Source: Tubiluchus corallicola
Taxonomy: Eukaryota; Animalia; Priapulida
Length of the DNA stretch: 64,000 nucleotides
Assembly (NCBI GenBank): GCA_030141605.1
Contig: JAQGDQ010000014.1
Coordinates: 682,001 to 746,000, forward strand
Direction of reading: 5' to 3'
The stretch's first letter is position 1. Each line of letters starts with the position of its first letter. Made by a program: the position numbers and the translations under genes. Shown piece by piece: positions 13,201 to 24,337 of this stretch. Under the pieces are notes generated by a model, which saw only the letters and a program-made list of their open reading frames with translations, was not told where the DNA came from and did no database searches.

Positions 13201-14321
13201 GAACAAACATAGCTTTAGACATCAATGTTGTCAAATATGCAATTTACACGAATCAGCAATGGTTGTGTCCTTTGTTTCAACCACATTGGTGAAATTACAG
13301 AAATTACTATAGACAACCTAATACAATGTTTTGAAATGTGATCTAACGATTATTTCACGCCTTTTATTTTGCCGGAACCATAATTCAGACCTACCTGCCT
13401 AATTACATACCAACTATAAGTATCCTGTTAAAAGACGTGCTTATTAGCTTTAGTTCTATAGTTTTTTTAGATTATCAACAGAGTGCAGTTCAAAGAGATT
13501 AACACCCATCTCAGAAATGGAATCAAAATTAAAAGCTTGTATCCTTGTAATTCAATTATATTCAGTGTTGTCAAATCGCAGCAGCACTAACCACCAACCC
13601 GCAAAAGTTACTGGACCACTTACTTACAACAAGTCAGCATACTATCCCAGGACTTATTGCTGCACCCATCCGTCGCTGTAACTACAAAACTGGAAATCTA
13701 GAACTGCTTATAATTTAACCTTTTACAATTCAATGCCGGCTGTTTTACTTGAGGCTAAACGTCTAGTAAATTGATTGATGAATCACTGAAGGTGTGTATC
13801 AGCACACCTAGCTATACAACAAGCGAGAAATATAACTCAACGATAAAGCATAATTATAGCACCATATTGTTTACATCTTGTATTAGTTATGAGTAACTGA
13901 TTGCTTATGTACACGTATATAAAAAGGCCTTATCGCAAAGAAGAATGCTAACAAGCTTGCATTTGTTATTTGCAGGATACATATCGTTTGGCGACTAAAA
14001 TTACTATTTTCAGCTCATATTAGTTGCAAGACACTCAATTAGCTTATTCGTATAAGCACATAGAAATAGCTGTAAGACGAAGATTCCCAGTCTATAGGAT
14101 CCGGTAAACGCACTAGTTTCAACCAACAGAAACTAAAAAAAATGAAAATATTCCAAGCAGAACTGTTCAAAATGAAATGAAGGCGCATTTTTAATAAACA
14201 TAAAGCGGCAAAAAATATTATATGACTTCGTACAGCGTATGCAATTCTATTTGGAATATAATAATAAGGGTCTGTTTTAAAACACTCAAAAATTTTCACT
14301 TCAACAAGTGTTTCCTTTGTG

Positions 14322-14410
14322 AAGCACATTTATAAGCACAACCTTTGCCACATGTTTGGCATTCTAAAGCACATTTATAAGCACAACCTTTGCCATATGT
14401 TTGACATTCT
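14322..14410. repeat. 45-bp tandem duplication (2 copies)
   Basis: AAGCACATTTATAAGCACAACCTTTGCCA(C/T)ATGTTTG(G/A)CATTCT at 14322 and 14367. Confidence 0.95.
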
Positions 14411-14979
14411 CGCCATAACACCAGCAACCGTGTGCCGTGTTAACAGTTTGGTCTCTTTGACACGTAATTTAAACTTCAAACTAGAAATCAATGGACGAAA
14501 TATCGTTCAAATGGTTATGCATCAAGTGACATTGCATCAAGTGAAAATTGGTTTCATACAAAAGAAGTTTGTATCATCAATAATTACTGGCGTCTTGCAC
14601 AGGCTAAAAGTTTAAATGAAAGGTTTTAGTTTGCAAACCTCTAATAACAAAAAATGCGTATTAACAAATTATATAAATTGTTCTGTAATTATAGGTTTTC
14701 AACTGGTGATGAAATATTGCCATTCCGAAACGTGTTGAAGTATCCTGTTAAAAACTTTACAGCCTGAATACAACTAGCTATTTAATTTCTAGCTTTAAAT
14801 TGTTGACGAATCACTAAGACTGAAGCTCCATATTATTATGCATACCTAGATCATCATTAACTAATTATCACCAGTAACTATGAGTTGTGAACAACCTTAC
14901 AATGACTCTTTACAATAAAATAAATATTTCGAACATTTTGGCAGTAATTTCTTATTTACAATTTTTGTGAACTTAATGA

Positions 14980-17900
14980 TTAGTAATTTCTGTAACCATA
15001 TGTGTATCCTGGTCCATTGCTTGGCTTCATTTTTTCATCTTCCGCATCAGGGTGCTTTCTCCTCTTGAAGAACCCCAACCACCATAGTAGAAGGATGAGT
15101 AACGCTAGCAGAATTAAACCTGCTATAATTGCTAAGATAATAATCCATAGAGCTATGGACTTTTTCGGCGCTACAGGCACCTCGGGGTTTACAACAGTTC
15201 GCACATGCACCTCATGGTACCCAAGTCTGTCAGGTTGCACCGCATAAGGCACCTTCGTCACTCTAGCTATACCACGTGACGTAATTGTCACCTCTGATAC
15301 TTTTTCTGTGATTAATGTCTGAATCCACAATCTGGATCGTACAGTTATAACAACATTGTGTCCGGGTTTTAACTGTCCTGTTGTACAGGTTATCCTAGCA
15401 CAGTCTTTCTCCTCACAAGTCAAGCGGTTCTCTAACTGCTCCGGGGTGAGGTATTCATCACTTGCTGTTTCTCTTCTCACACGGTTTAGTCCTTTTGATT
15501 TGTTTGACAGCAATGTTTGCTTTATCATATTGTCTACATATTTGTTGGCCTGATGATTCACACGTACGCCTAAAGGATTCACGTACTCAGCAGTGCATCT
15601 GCCTGTTCCATCTCCACCTACCAGAGCAGGAGTTTCCATCAAGTATAGCAAATTTCCTTTACGTCTGGTATAACTGGGCCATAATATTTTTACTTCTGCT
15701 TGAGTTATTGTTGTGGAACCAGAATTAACTAGATCATACACATGCGTCACTTCCGGTCCAATGTCCTGCTCTTTTTTTGGAAGCTGGGACCGGGTATCAT
15801 TAGTGGCAAAACGCACCTGCTCGGGCACGGACGCACCTGTCATTTTTATTTCGGTGGCCACTTTTATAGGAATGGTTATTCTGACTGTGTTATCAAATAA
15901 CATAGCAGGATTCTCTGGATTTGAGCTATTGGCTTCAACTACAAAATCTAGTTCATATTCGGTGGCGTTCACATTGGAAGGTGACAAGCTAAGATTGAAA
16001 CTGACACTGTGATGGCTTTGCAGAGGGTTGCCTGTTTCACAAACTATTTTTTCATAATCTGAGATGTTCTTCCCGGGCATTTGTGTGCATAGCACCTTCT
16101 GAGATTCGTCCTTCAAGTAATCAATTCCTTTTGGAACAGTGATTACAACTTCCGATAGAAAGGCATCTTCCCCTGTATTCTTAACTTTGATATTGAATAC
16201 AATTATATCCTTTTCACCTAGCTGATATTCTAACGTTGAAGTTGTTGCAGTCAACTTTAAATCTGGCACGCATATTTTATCAGGACCACAATTTTTCAAA
16301 ATGTTCACATCTTTTTGTACAAAAGTTGGAACCTTGGTGTTTTGCACTGGCTGCAGTTCATCATCGTCAAGTTCATCATTTTCCACTAATGCATACTTGA
16401 CGTCCACTGTAATGGGAGTAAGTTTATCTCTAATATTTGGTCGGATGTACACATATAAAGCTTTGCACCAATTTGCTTCTTTGACTAACCTTACTGCTGA
16501 TGTATCACTAGAGACACCTGGTTTGGAGTAGAATAGCATCCTCTGCCCCACATCCTTCTTACTGTCCAGCATAAAGGTAACATCAGCGCGAGCTTTATTT
16601 GGAACTCCTTTTCCAGTGTACTGTAAGCAAGTTGAAACGACAACACAAGACACTTTTGTCCCATCTGTCAGGGTGCACTGCTTATCCTCCAAGTTAATAT
16701 CTGCAGGTTCTACTTTAAGAGTAGCAGTAAATGTCACTACTGGTCTGGCCTTCAGAAAAACAGCTGAGTTGGACGCATATGCACCAACAACAACATCTGG
16801 ATACTCATTATTGTCAAGGTCATAACCTCCTGATACTGCATATCCAAAAGTTCTCAATCTTCTGGCCACATCTTTTGCTTCAATTTTTTGAGATGCTGGC
16901 AGTACAACACCGTCCTTGCTGCCATAGTATATGAACACAGTGCCTTTACCTCGATGACCGCCATAAGGAGCAGCAACTGCAAAATCATTATAGCCATCCT
17001 GATCAATGTCACCCAACGCTGCAACAGTTTCACCGAAACGTGCACCATTTTCTTCGCCTTCAATGACCACCGAATCACCTTCACCATGATAAAATCTACC
17101 GTGTCTGGTTTGGTAAAACACATATGCCCGACCGACCTCGTACGACAACTCCTCTCCTTCTTTATAATAATAAGGTGATCCGACAATAATGTCATCTCTT
17201 CCATCTCCATTTATATCATTTACTGCAACGGAGCCACCAAAATAAGCACCAATTTGTTCACCAGTGATATTTTGGATGCTGTTCAACTTCGAATCAAATA
17301 AACAGACCTGGCCAATCAAGTTCCATTTTGGCATTCCTGCTACAATATCCCAACCAGACCCATCTGTAAACTTACCAAGGTCTATTGAGAACGCAAGGTA
17401 GCTGTCATCGTCAGTTGAAGGACCTTCTAAAGTTGCTAACATGTCTGTTTTGTTAATGAGGCTTTGAGAAAATATTTGTCCCTGCCAGTACCAGCTTCCA
17501 ATTGCACCCATGATGGCTCGTTCATGATCCTCTGTAAGAGCTAAACTGAAACCAGTTTGGCAGTATCCTTGCCTGTGGTATCCCCAATGTGTCGTTCGGC
17601 AAGGCGAGTATTCAATACCTTTACCCATGTTTTTGGTAACGAAGCAATTGCCTACTGGTTCTCGCTCGTTAAACTCACTGGTAAAATACACGTACCTAGG
17701 AGCACATGCCATAATGTAACCGTCAGGTCCAGAGCTAACCACGGTCGCACCAAACCATTGATTATTCTTATCGTCTATTTGTGACCAGCGTAGCCCTTGC
17801 AGCATCACATTATTGCCATTTGGGTCCATGTTCAGCTGGCCACATGAGTTTCGTTGTTCGGGCTTGCACTTGTACACAGCGCCAGGATTTTTTATGCCCG

Positions 17901-18105
17901 ACTGTTTTGTTTGTGCAAGAGGAGCTCCAACTAATAACCAATTCTCCCCTCTATGTATATGTTGTGCCACAGAGAAACCAAACAACGTGTCCTGCTGAGG
18001 TCCTCGATGTACAGTGGCGGTTCTGACATCTATGTTGTAGGACAACACGGAATGTATAATCACAAACAAGTAAATCACCAAAACTGAGACTTCATCAGCT
18101 GCCAT
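14980..18105 (-). CDS. Integrin alpha subunit, PS2/alpha5-like (RGD-binding class), single coding exon, 1041 aa
   Basis: Signal peptide then YNIDV; FG-GAP propeller repeats; WGYHRQG and GSWYWQG; Ca loops DINGDGRDD, DIDQDGYND, DLDNNEYPD; IRDKLTPI; genu CGPDKICVPDL; furin site RVRR; TM helix and GFFKR; no I-domain. Confidence 0.97.
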   Translation of the reverse strand: MAADEVSVLVIYLFVIIHSVLSYNIDVRTATVHRGPQQDTLFGFSVAQHIHRGENWLLVGAPLAQTKQSGIKNPGAVYKCKPEQRNSCGQLNMDPNGNNVMLQGLRWSQIDDKNNQWFGATVVSSGPDGYIMACAPRYVYFTSEFNEREPVGNCFVTKNMGKGIEYSPCRTTHWGYHRQGYCQTGFSLALTEDHERAIMGAIGSWYWQGQIFSQSLINKTDMLATLEGPSTDDDSYLAFSIDLGKFTDGSGWDIVAGMPKWNLIGQVCLFDSKLNSIQNITGEQIGAYFGGSVAVNDINGDGRDDIIVGSPYYYKEGEELSYEVGRAYVFYQTRHGRFYHGEGDSVVIEGEENGARFGETVAALGDIDQDGYNDFAVAAPYGGHRGKGTVFIYYGSKDGVVLPASQKIEAKDVARRLRTFGYAVSGGYDLDNNEYPDVVVGAYASNSAVFLKARPVVTFTATLKVEPADINLEDKQCTLTDGTKVSCVVVSTCLQYTGKGVPNKARADVTFMLDSKKDVGQRMLFYSKPGVSSDTSAVRLVKEANWCKALYVYIRPNIRDKLTPITVDVKYALVENDELDDDELQPVQNTKVPTFVQKDVNILKNCGPDKICVPDLKLTATTSTLEYQLGEKDIIVFNIKVKNTGEDAFLSEVVITVPKGIDYLKDESQKVLCTQMPGKNISDYEKIVCETGNPLQSHHSVSFNLSLSPSNVNATEYELDFVVEANSSNPENPAMLFDNTVRITIPIKVATEIKMTGASVPEQVRFATNDTRSQLPKKEQDIGPEVTHVYDLVNSGSTTITQAEVKILWPSYTRRKGNLLYLMETPALVGGDGTGRCTAEYVNPLGVRVNHQANKYVDNMIKQTLLSNKSKGLNRVRRETASDEYLTPEQLENRLTCEEKDCARITCTTGQLKPGHNVVITVRSRLWIQTLITEKVSEVTITSRGIARVTKVPYAVQPDRLGYHEVHVRTVVNPEVPVAPKKSIALWIIILAIIAGLILLALLILLLWWLGFFKRRKHPDAEDEKMKPSNGPGYTYGYRNY

Positions 18106-18899
18106 TGCAAAAGCAAAACAGGAACACAGCGTATATGTTATGAAAGGTTACATTTGCACAGAAGCTGCGATTCTACACACGATGGCGGCTAACCTATATT
18201 TAGCCGACTGATGGATGAAAACCAGAATTTGTTTTCTACACCCGTTCAAGAATCCCTTTTCCCTTCAATATACAGATGCAGCCGTCTTAACAACACAAAC
18301 ACATCGAAAGAGTTAAGCGCGAAGTTATGATGAAGTTGTGTCAACAGTTGTAGACCGCCTATCGAGTTCTCGCAATACGTCTTACCACCAAAATTCAGTC
18401 AGGCAGTTCATCATTCACGTTCGACTGTGCTCACCGGCAAAAAGGGCAGATTCTTTACTGACTAAGTCATCACAGTATAAAAAATTTTAGGCGTAACAAC
18501 TACACAGCAGCTCTCGTTTGCCAGAGCACGAGAGCAGGGAATTGAAATATGTTGGTAGCTCCTTCGGCGGAAGCCGCTTTTAGAAGCCAGTACTACGCCG
18601 AGTTTCGTGTTACATTCATCAAGATGTGGGGGTGGGTCGATGTGAGTCACCCAACACGCCATATGTACACGTTAAATTAACAGTTACTCCTGACCGAAGG
18701 GTGCAGTAAAGTTTTGCTAATATATTACAGTTCTTCAAAATGTAATAAAGATGAGTCACTTAGCGAAACGACGTCTTTCTCAAATTCATTAAATTTCCAT
18801 TATTAGCTGCTCTGTAGGCAGTAACACCTATGCAGTATCCAAGTGGCCGCAGTAGTAGCAACGTCCAAGCTATTTTAATGGAAAATAAAGATTAAGCTT

Positions 18900-19335
18900 A
18901 TTGTTATTACATGCATTACTATTACTACTACTGTCATTATCATCATCATCATATCATAAATTTCATCATCGTTATCATCGTCATCGTCGTCATCATCATT
19001 ATCATCATCTTCATCGTCATCATTACCATTACGTAATAATTTAAATGATGTAGTGTGCTATATAAATACATTTTACATTACATCATTATCATCGTCATCG
19101 TTATCATCATCATTATCATGGTCATCATCATCATCAACATCATCATCATTATCATCATATCATCTTCGTCAGCATCATCGTCATCGTCGTCGTCATCATC
19201 TTCATCATCATCATCATTATCATGGTCATCATCATCATCAACATCATCATCATTATCATCATATCATCTTCGTCAGCATCATCGTCATCGTCATCGTCGT
19301 CGTCATCATCTTCATCATCATCATCATTATCATTA
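18900..19335. repeat. Compound (CAT/CGT)n microsatellite with a ~104-bp higher-order duplication
   Basis: Direct reading; block CATGGTCATC...CATATCATCTTCGTCAGCATC recurs at 19117 and 19221. Confidence 0.93.
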
Positions 19336-21940
19336 CAACTTTGCAAGCAGGCTGTGCTTAGAAAAACCCCTGACGTGTGGCAAGTGAAACCATCTACTGG
19401 TATTTATGACTAAATATTGGATGACACTATACTGTTATTATCACAAGGTGACTAGACACATGGTGATGATAGCCTTCTCTCTTTACTCTTCAACATCTGC
19501 GATCTACATTCCAAGTTCCGGATTCGATGCATCAGCACTGAAGTATAGCTTGTTTCCTTAACGCTCGTCTAAATATATTACCATCACTAAAAACTCTGGA
19601 AAACGCTCCTTAAACTTTTGGCGTCGATTTAAACTCGAGTTGGAAAGCGTCATATTTTCATTCCAGTAAATTTTGGCAGCGCCTTCACCCGCTGAGATGT
19701 ACGAGTGAAATATTTCCTCAGAGTTCATGGGCTTGCCCATCAGCTCTACTGCACACAAGCTAATCGCTTGAGTGAGAATTCCTCATGAATAAATTTACAC
19801 ACGCCTCTAGCTTTTAAATCGCGCGTTATGTTTTCCTAAATAATTTCCTTATTTCTGAAACAAATTAGAACTGGTCCAGTTTGAAGCGTAAAAAATGCTG
19901 CCCTTCTTCCAATGTTATAACTTCAGGACACTGTTGTTTATTCTGCTGCACAGGGCGATTTATTTTATTCCTGGTATAATAGTAGCCGAGTCATTCCAGG
20001 ATGTGCTACTGACCATCAGTCCATCACACGATTGGTGGGAGGTCGACCATGTCAATCACACGGCGTTGAAAATAATCAAAAGACGTCCTGACATTTTTGT
20101 TTATTTTGACAATCGTATAACTTGCACAGGCAGTGGAGCGCACAGGTGCTCTTTATTGCGCATTCTCCGTGGTAAAATCTTCAATGTTCTACATGTACTT
20201 CAGTTTAGTCTTCTAAGCCTGATTTGTTAGCAATCTTTTAAATTACGGCTAGGGAACAAAATGTTAATACAAACCTAACCTCGTCTATCTCCAATCACCG
20301 TCATTTTCATAATACAGAAATAAAACATAAAATAAATGTTTTCTCGATAAACACTGTTGGATGGGAGATTAAGAAAGGGATTATCAGTGCCACTAAACTC
20401 AGAATCAGTGTGTTTTTTTCGAATTCCCAAAAAATCGTAGCTATATAGTGTAGATGACATCTAACTGCCAAAACCAATTTGACCTATTCAAAAAACAATC
20501 ATAACGTCACAAACAGTACACAGAGGCACTTCACTCGTCCTTGTTATAACAAACGTAATTCAAAAGTAATTGGCAAGCCAATTAGGCGGCTATCTGGAAA
20601 AATATAACTTTTTTGCGTACCGCAAGGTCAAGCTAGTAGAAAGTAACATTATATTTTACAAAAAACGGTATTTATCAAGCAGATTTTTTTATTTCTTCGC
20701 TTAAAATTTATTTCGTACATTAAAAAGTAAATTGCATTATAAATAATCATGCGTCGTCTTATCACAATGATGCGAGAAATATATTTAACATCATTATCCC
20801 TTTTTAGGATCAAATTATTTCCTCAAACTATTAATCATTAACTCATCGCTTTGTATTTATAACTTTCAAATTATGTAAAAGCAGCAGCAGTAGTGGCATC
20901 AACAATGATAATGGTAGCAACAGCATCAGCAGCATCGTAGCGTACCGATTCCGCTATAGCATTTGGGAAACATCTGCAAAGCCAAATATCACTTAATTTA
21001 CAAGCGCATTTGCAAACCAACTGCTATAGACTGAACTTGAAAATGCACTTGTTCGAGCACGGGAGACAAGAAAATTCCTTGATCAGAAGTAGACTGCCTT
21101 GTGCTGCCACCTTCTGAACCTTATTGTAATCTTTATGCAGTACGCATATGTAGTAGGTTAGCACAATAATATTTTATTATTTATATTGAAAATATTTATT
21201 TTCTAGATTCCAAGCAACTTCGAATAACCTGAACAAACCGGCCTCATTTCAATGAAATACAAAATATTCCTATACCATATCAATACATCAAAGATACACC
21301 AAATGTTATACTTATATGAAACTTTCTGAAACAAGCAAAAGATGGCAGCATAATGTCGCCTTTTACGCTATCATCACCTCAAAGGTTAAAATTTTAATGC
21401 AGCCACCACACCAGTACTATAAAAAAGCAAAAGCTAAAATTTTATTCTACGAAAACTGTGCAATTGTTTAAGCGTTTGATAGTTATAATAACTATGCAGC
21501 TTCGAATGATTTAATAATGCATCTTTTAAATTGCATGGATTTTTATCATGCCATCTTGTTCCTGAATTCGTTACTCGTACATATCGCCACATCGTAGCGT
21601 AGATTCAATGAGTATCACAGACCGTGTGACCTAAGGCAGTGAAGGTGTGTATGTGCACTCTTTAGTGCTGTAATGCACTTGAGCTTGTACAACACCAACA
21701 GCTAGTGCACTGTTGTTTGTGGAATTCAGTAACAAAATGGTAGCTCCCTAATATTGACAGTTCTGTTACTACTGACATATTGGTTTGTTTGTGGAGTGTT
21801 ACATGGTTTCATACCAGTCAAGATATGTAATCTGTAATGTAAATTATTAAATTAACCAAATATCATATATCTTTTGGCTGGCTAACACTGAATTGTATTT
21901 CGATGTTGTTTCTTAATTCTGGTAACTTTTTTGGTTTAGA

Positions 21941-21980
21941 TGCCTTGATAATGAACAGTTTTGTTCGAAACCGGTCGGCA
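21941..21980 (+). ncRNA. Penelope-type minimal hammerhead ribozyme-like motif (variant core)
   Basis: TGCC-TTGATAAT-GAACA-GTTT-TGTTC-GAAA-CCGG-TC-GGCA: stem I TGCC/GGCA, stem II GAACA/TGTTC, GAAA, palindromic ACCGGT, GUC triplet; core deviates from CUGANGA. Confidence 0.5.
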
Positions 21981-22822
21981 ATGAATTACATTTTGATCTG
22001 TAGTTACATTTGTTTGCCAAACATGAATAATTCGATGTTTGATTTACTAATGCTTGTTTTGCGAGATAGAGTAGATAACGTTAGCCTGATATCACAATTT
22101 TGTATAATTTTCTACTCTTCCTGTTGTATTTTTATCATCGTTCATGTATGTATTGCCAGTTTCGAATTACCTAGTTATTGGCTAATGATGGCAAGAGCGC
22201 ATATTTACTGAATTTTAATTCCAAACACGACCGAAAGAAAAAAATGAGAAGAAATCTTTGAACGAAGAATTAGAAGACCACTAGACTACACAGCCCCTTG
22301 TGATCATGACAGGTTTACGACAAAAGGAAATGATTGTGAAAATGTTAGAAACAGAACCTGGTTTGAAACCAAGTATCACAAAATCATGATAGGTTTTAAA
22401 TCGATCCTAAATGGCTCAGCAGCCAATCAAATATTTACAAATGTTAATTTATGCTCACTAAAGTTATTACTAATTAATATTTTTTGTTATTAATTTATTG
22501 TTGGGATGATCCGTGCCTAAGTATTTTTGGATTGATTGGTTGCTGAGCTTTTAGAATTGAAAAAAATGCCTAAAACATAAACAAGGAGCTCTTTAGTCTA
22601 GTGGTAATGGCGCTGGATTTGTTATTTAAGGGTCCTTTGTCACAAAAATTTTATAATTGTAGGTTTGTTCCATTATTAATACCACAGTTTAATTAAATTA
22701 TTAACGTTTTCGTTTTTGGCCAACTGCAAAGCATATGTTCAGTATACTCGCGCACTGTTTTTGCACATTGTATTACTGTGAATGAACGAAAACGAACAAA
22801 CGAGTGAAGCAATAAAGAAACA

Positions 22823-23035
22823 AAATGAATGAATGAATGAATGAATGAATGAATGAAAGAAAGAATGAATGAATGAATGAATGAATGGATGAATGAATGA
22901 ATGAATGAATGAATGAATGAATGAATGAATGAATGAATGAATGAATGAATGAATGAATGAATGAATGAATGAATGAATGAATGAATGAATGAATGAATGA
23001 ATGAATGAATGAATGAATGAATGAATGAATGAATG
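22823..23035. repeat. (GAAT)n microsatellite
   Basis: Direct reading; source of the HSFI ORFs. Confidence 0.98.
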
Positions 23036-24337
23036 AGTACTTTTCATAAAGCAATAAATATTAACAAAAGATTTCATTTAAAATGAGGTAAATTTAATTA
23101 TACAAAAATTTGAAGAAACTTTGGACTATACATCGATTCTAGTTAATAATTCACAAAATATTTTTCACCAAAAACAACATAATAATGTTAAAAGAAACTT
23201 TTTTAACTTTCTCAGAATTAGTAGGACTTATTTACACTTATTAAGATATACAATCTAGAAAAATAAGACTTCGACGCAATCAGCTAATATTTTATACAAT
23301 CAGTTAAACAACAGCAGGATATTTAACTCCTAATTTCATATTCATGAAAAATTCTGTACAGTAGCCTAGCTAAATATGTACATTATTCATTGGTCAAAAG
23401 TTACATTAAAACTGCTGACAATATGTGCACAGTCAGCAAGACTACGGAAAAAATAAAAGTGTTACAAAATGTACTATAATTTTAGTGACGTCTAATCGCA
23501 GTCTCTATTTGACAATATTTTTCATCATATTTGGACACCTAGTAATGAGAATAACAGAAAACTATATTGGTAAGCAAAATTCTTAAACGACATTTTACGG
23601 TTCAAGTTTATTGAGTGTCAGTTTCTTTCTCTTTCATTTCTCGCTTATAATTTGATGTGGAGAGTCGTGGTCGCATTGGCATTGCTAACAGATCTAACGG
23701 GTTCACTTTTTAGCAAAGCGAGAAAATAGACATTCAAATTTTCATGTATTTTCTGGCCTCATTAAGTTGCAAGCATTTATGTTGGCGCTGTCGTAACGCT
23801 TCTGGCTTCAATTAAGTTCAACCTTTGCATTTGACTCGTGTAATAAATACCAGGTTTAATGGAACGAAATAAAACAGCTTTAAACTGCTGCTTAAAATCA
23901 CTGCACGTAGCCATTGTGTTGTTTGCTACTGAGAATTCTGGAATACATCATAGAAAGGACAGGCACTGCGTGTCATTCTACACTGCAACTAAATGCATGC
24001 AAATATTGAAAGATATTCAATATGGTCGCTTTTAAAAATAAACAGTGTCAGTTTTTCCGTACATTCCGGCGCCTTTAGAGTGGAGCATGATCCAAGCGTG
24101 ATAGGTAACTGAAAACCCTCAAAATTTGTACAAGCGGTAGATTGAAACTAAATTTAATTTAAATCCAAGCAACCGTGCAGTTAACAAATATTAGCAAGTC
24201 AAAGTTTCCTGCCTCTTGGGGAAAACCTACATGTCGTAGATCCGCCCCTGACTAAACTCGATGAAGCCTAGAATGCACACGAATTGAAACATTACAGTTA
24301 CTTTACAAATTGACAATATATACAAATCAATGCTTCA

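Noticed and set aside
14322-14410. Possible CRISPR-like repeat
   Set aside because: Only two adjacent copies with no spacer, in animal DNA with no cas genes.
15002-18026. Many short ORFs overlapping integrin 1 (and likewise integrin 2 and the aminopeptidase)
   Set aside because: Antisense or off-frame shadows of a real CDS with no motifs.
19053-19413. His/Ser/Ile/Asp-rich ORFs (also 8656-8937)
   Set aside because: Products of (CAT/CGT)n repeats.
22739-23077. HSFI-repeat ORFs
   Set aside because: (GAAT)n microsatellite.
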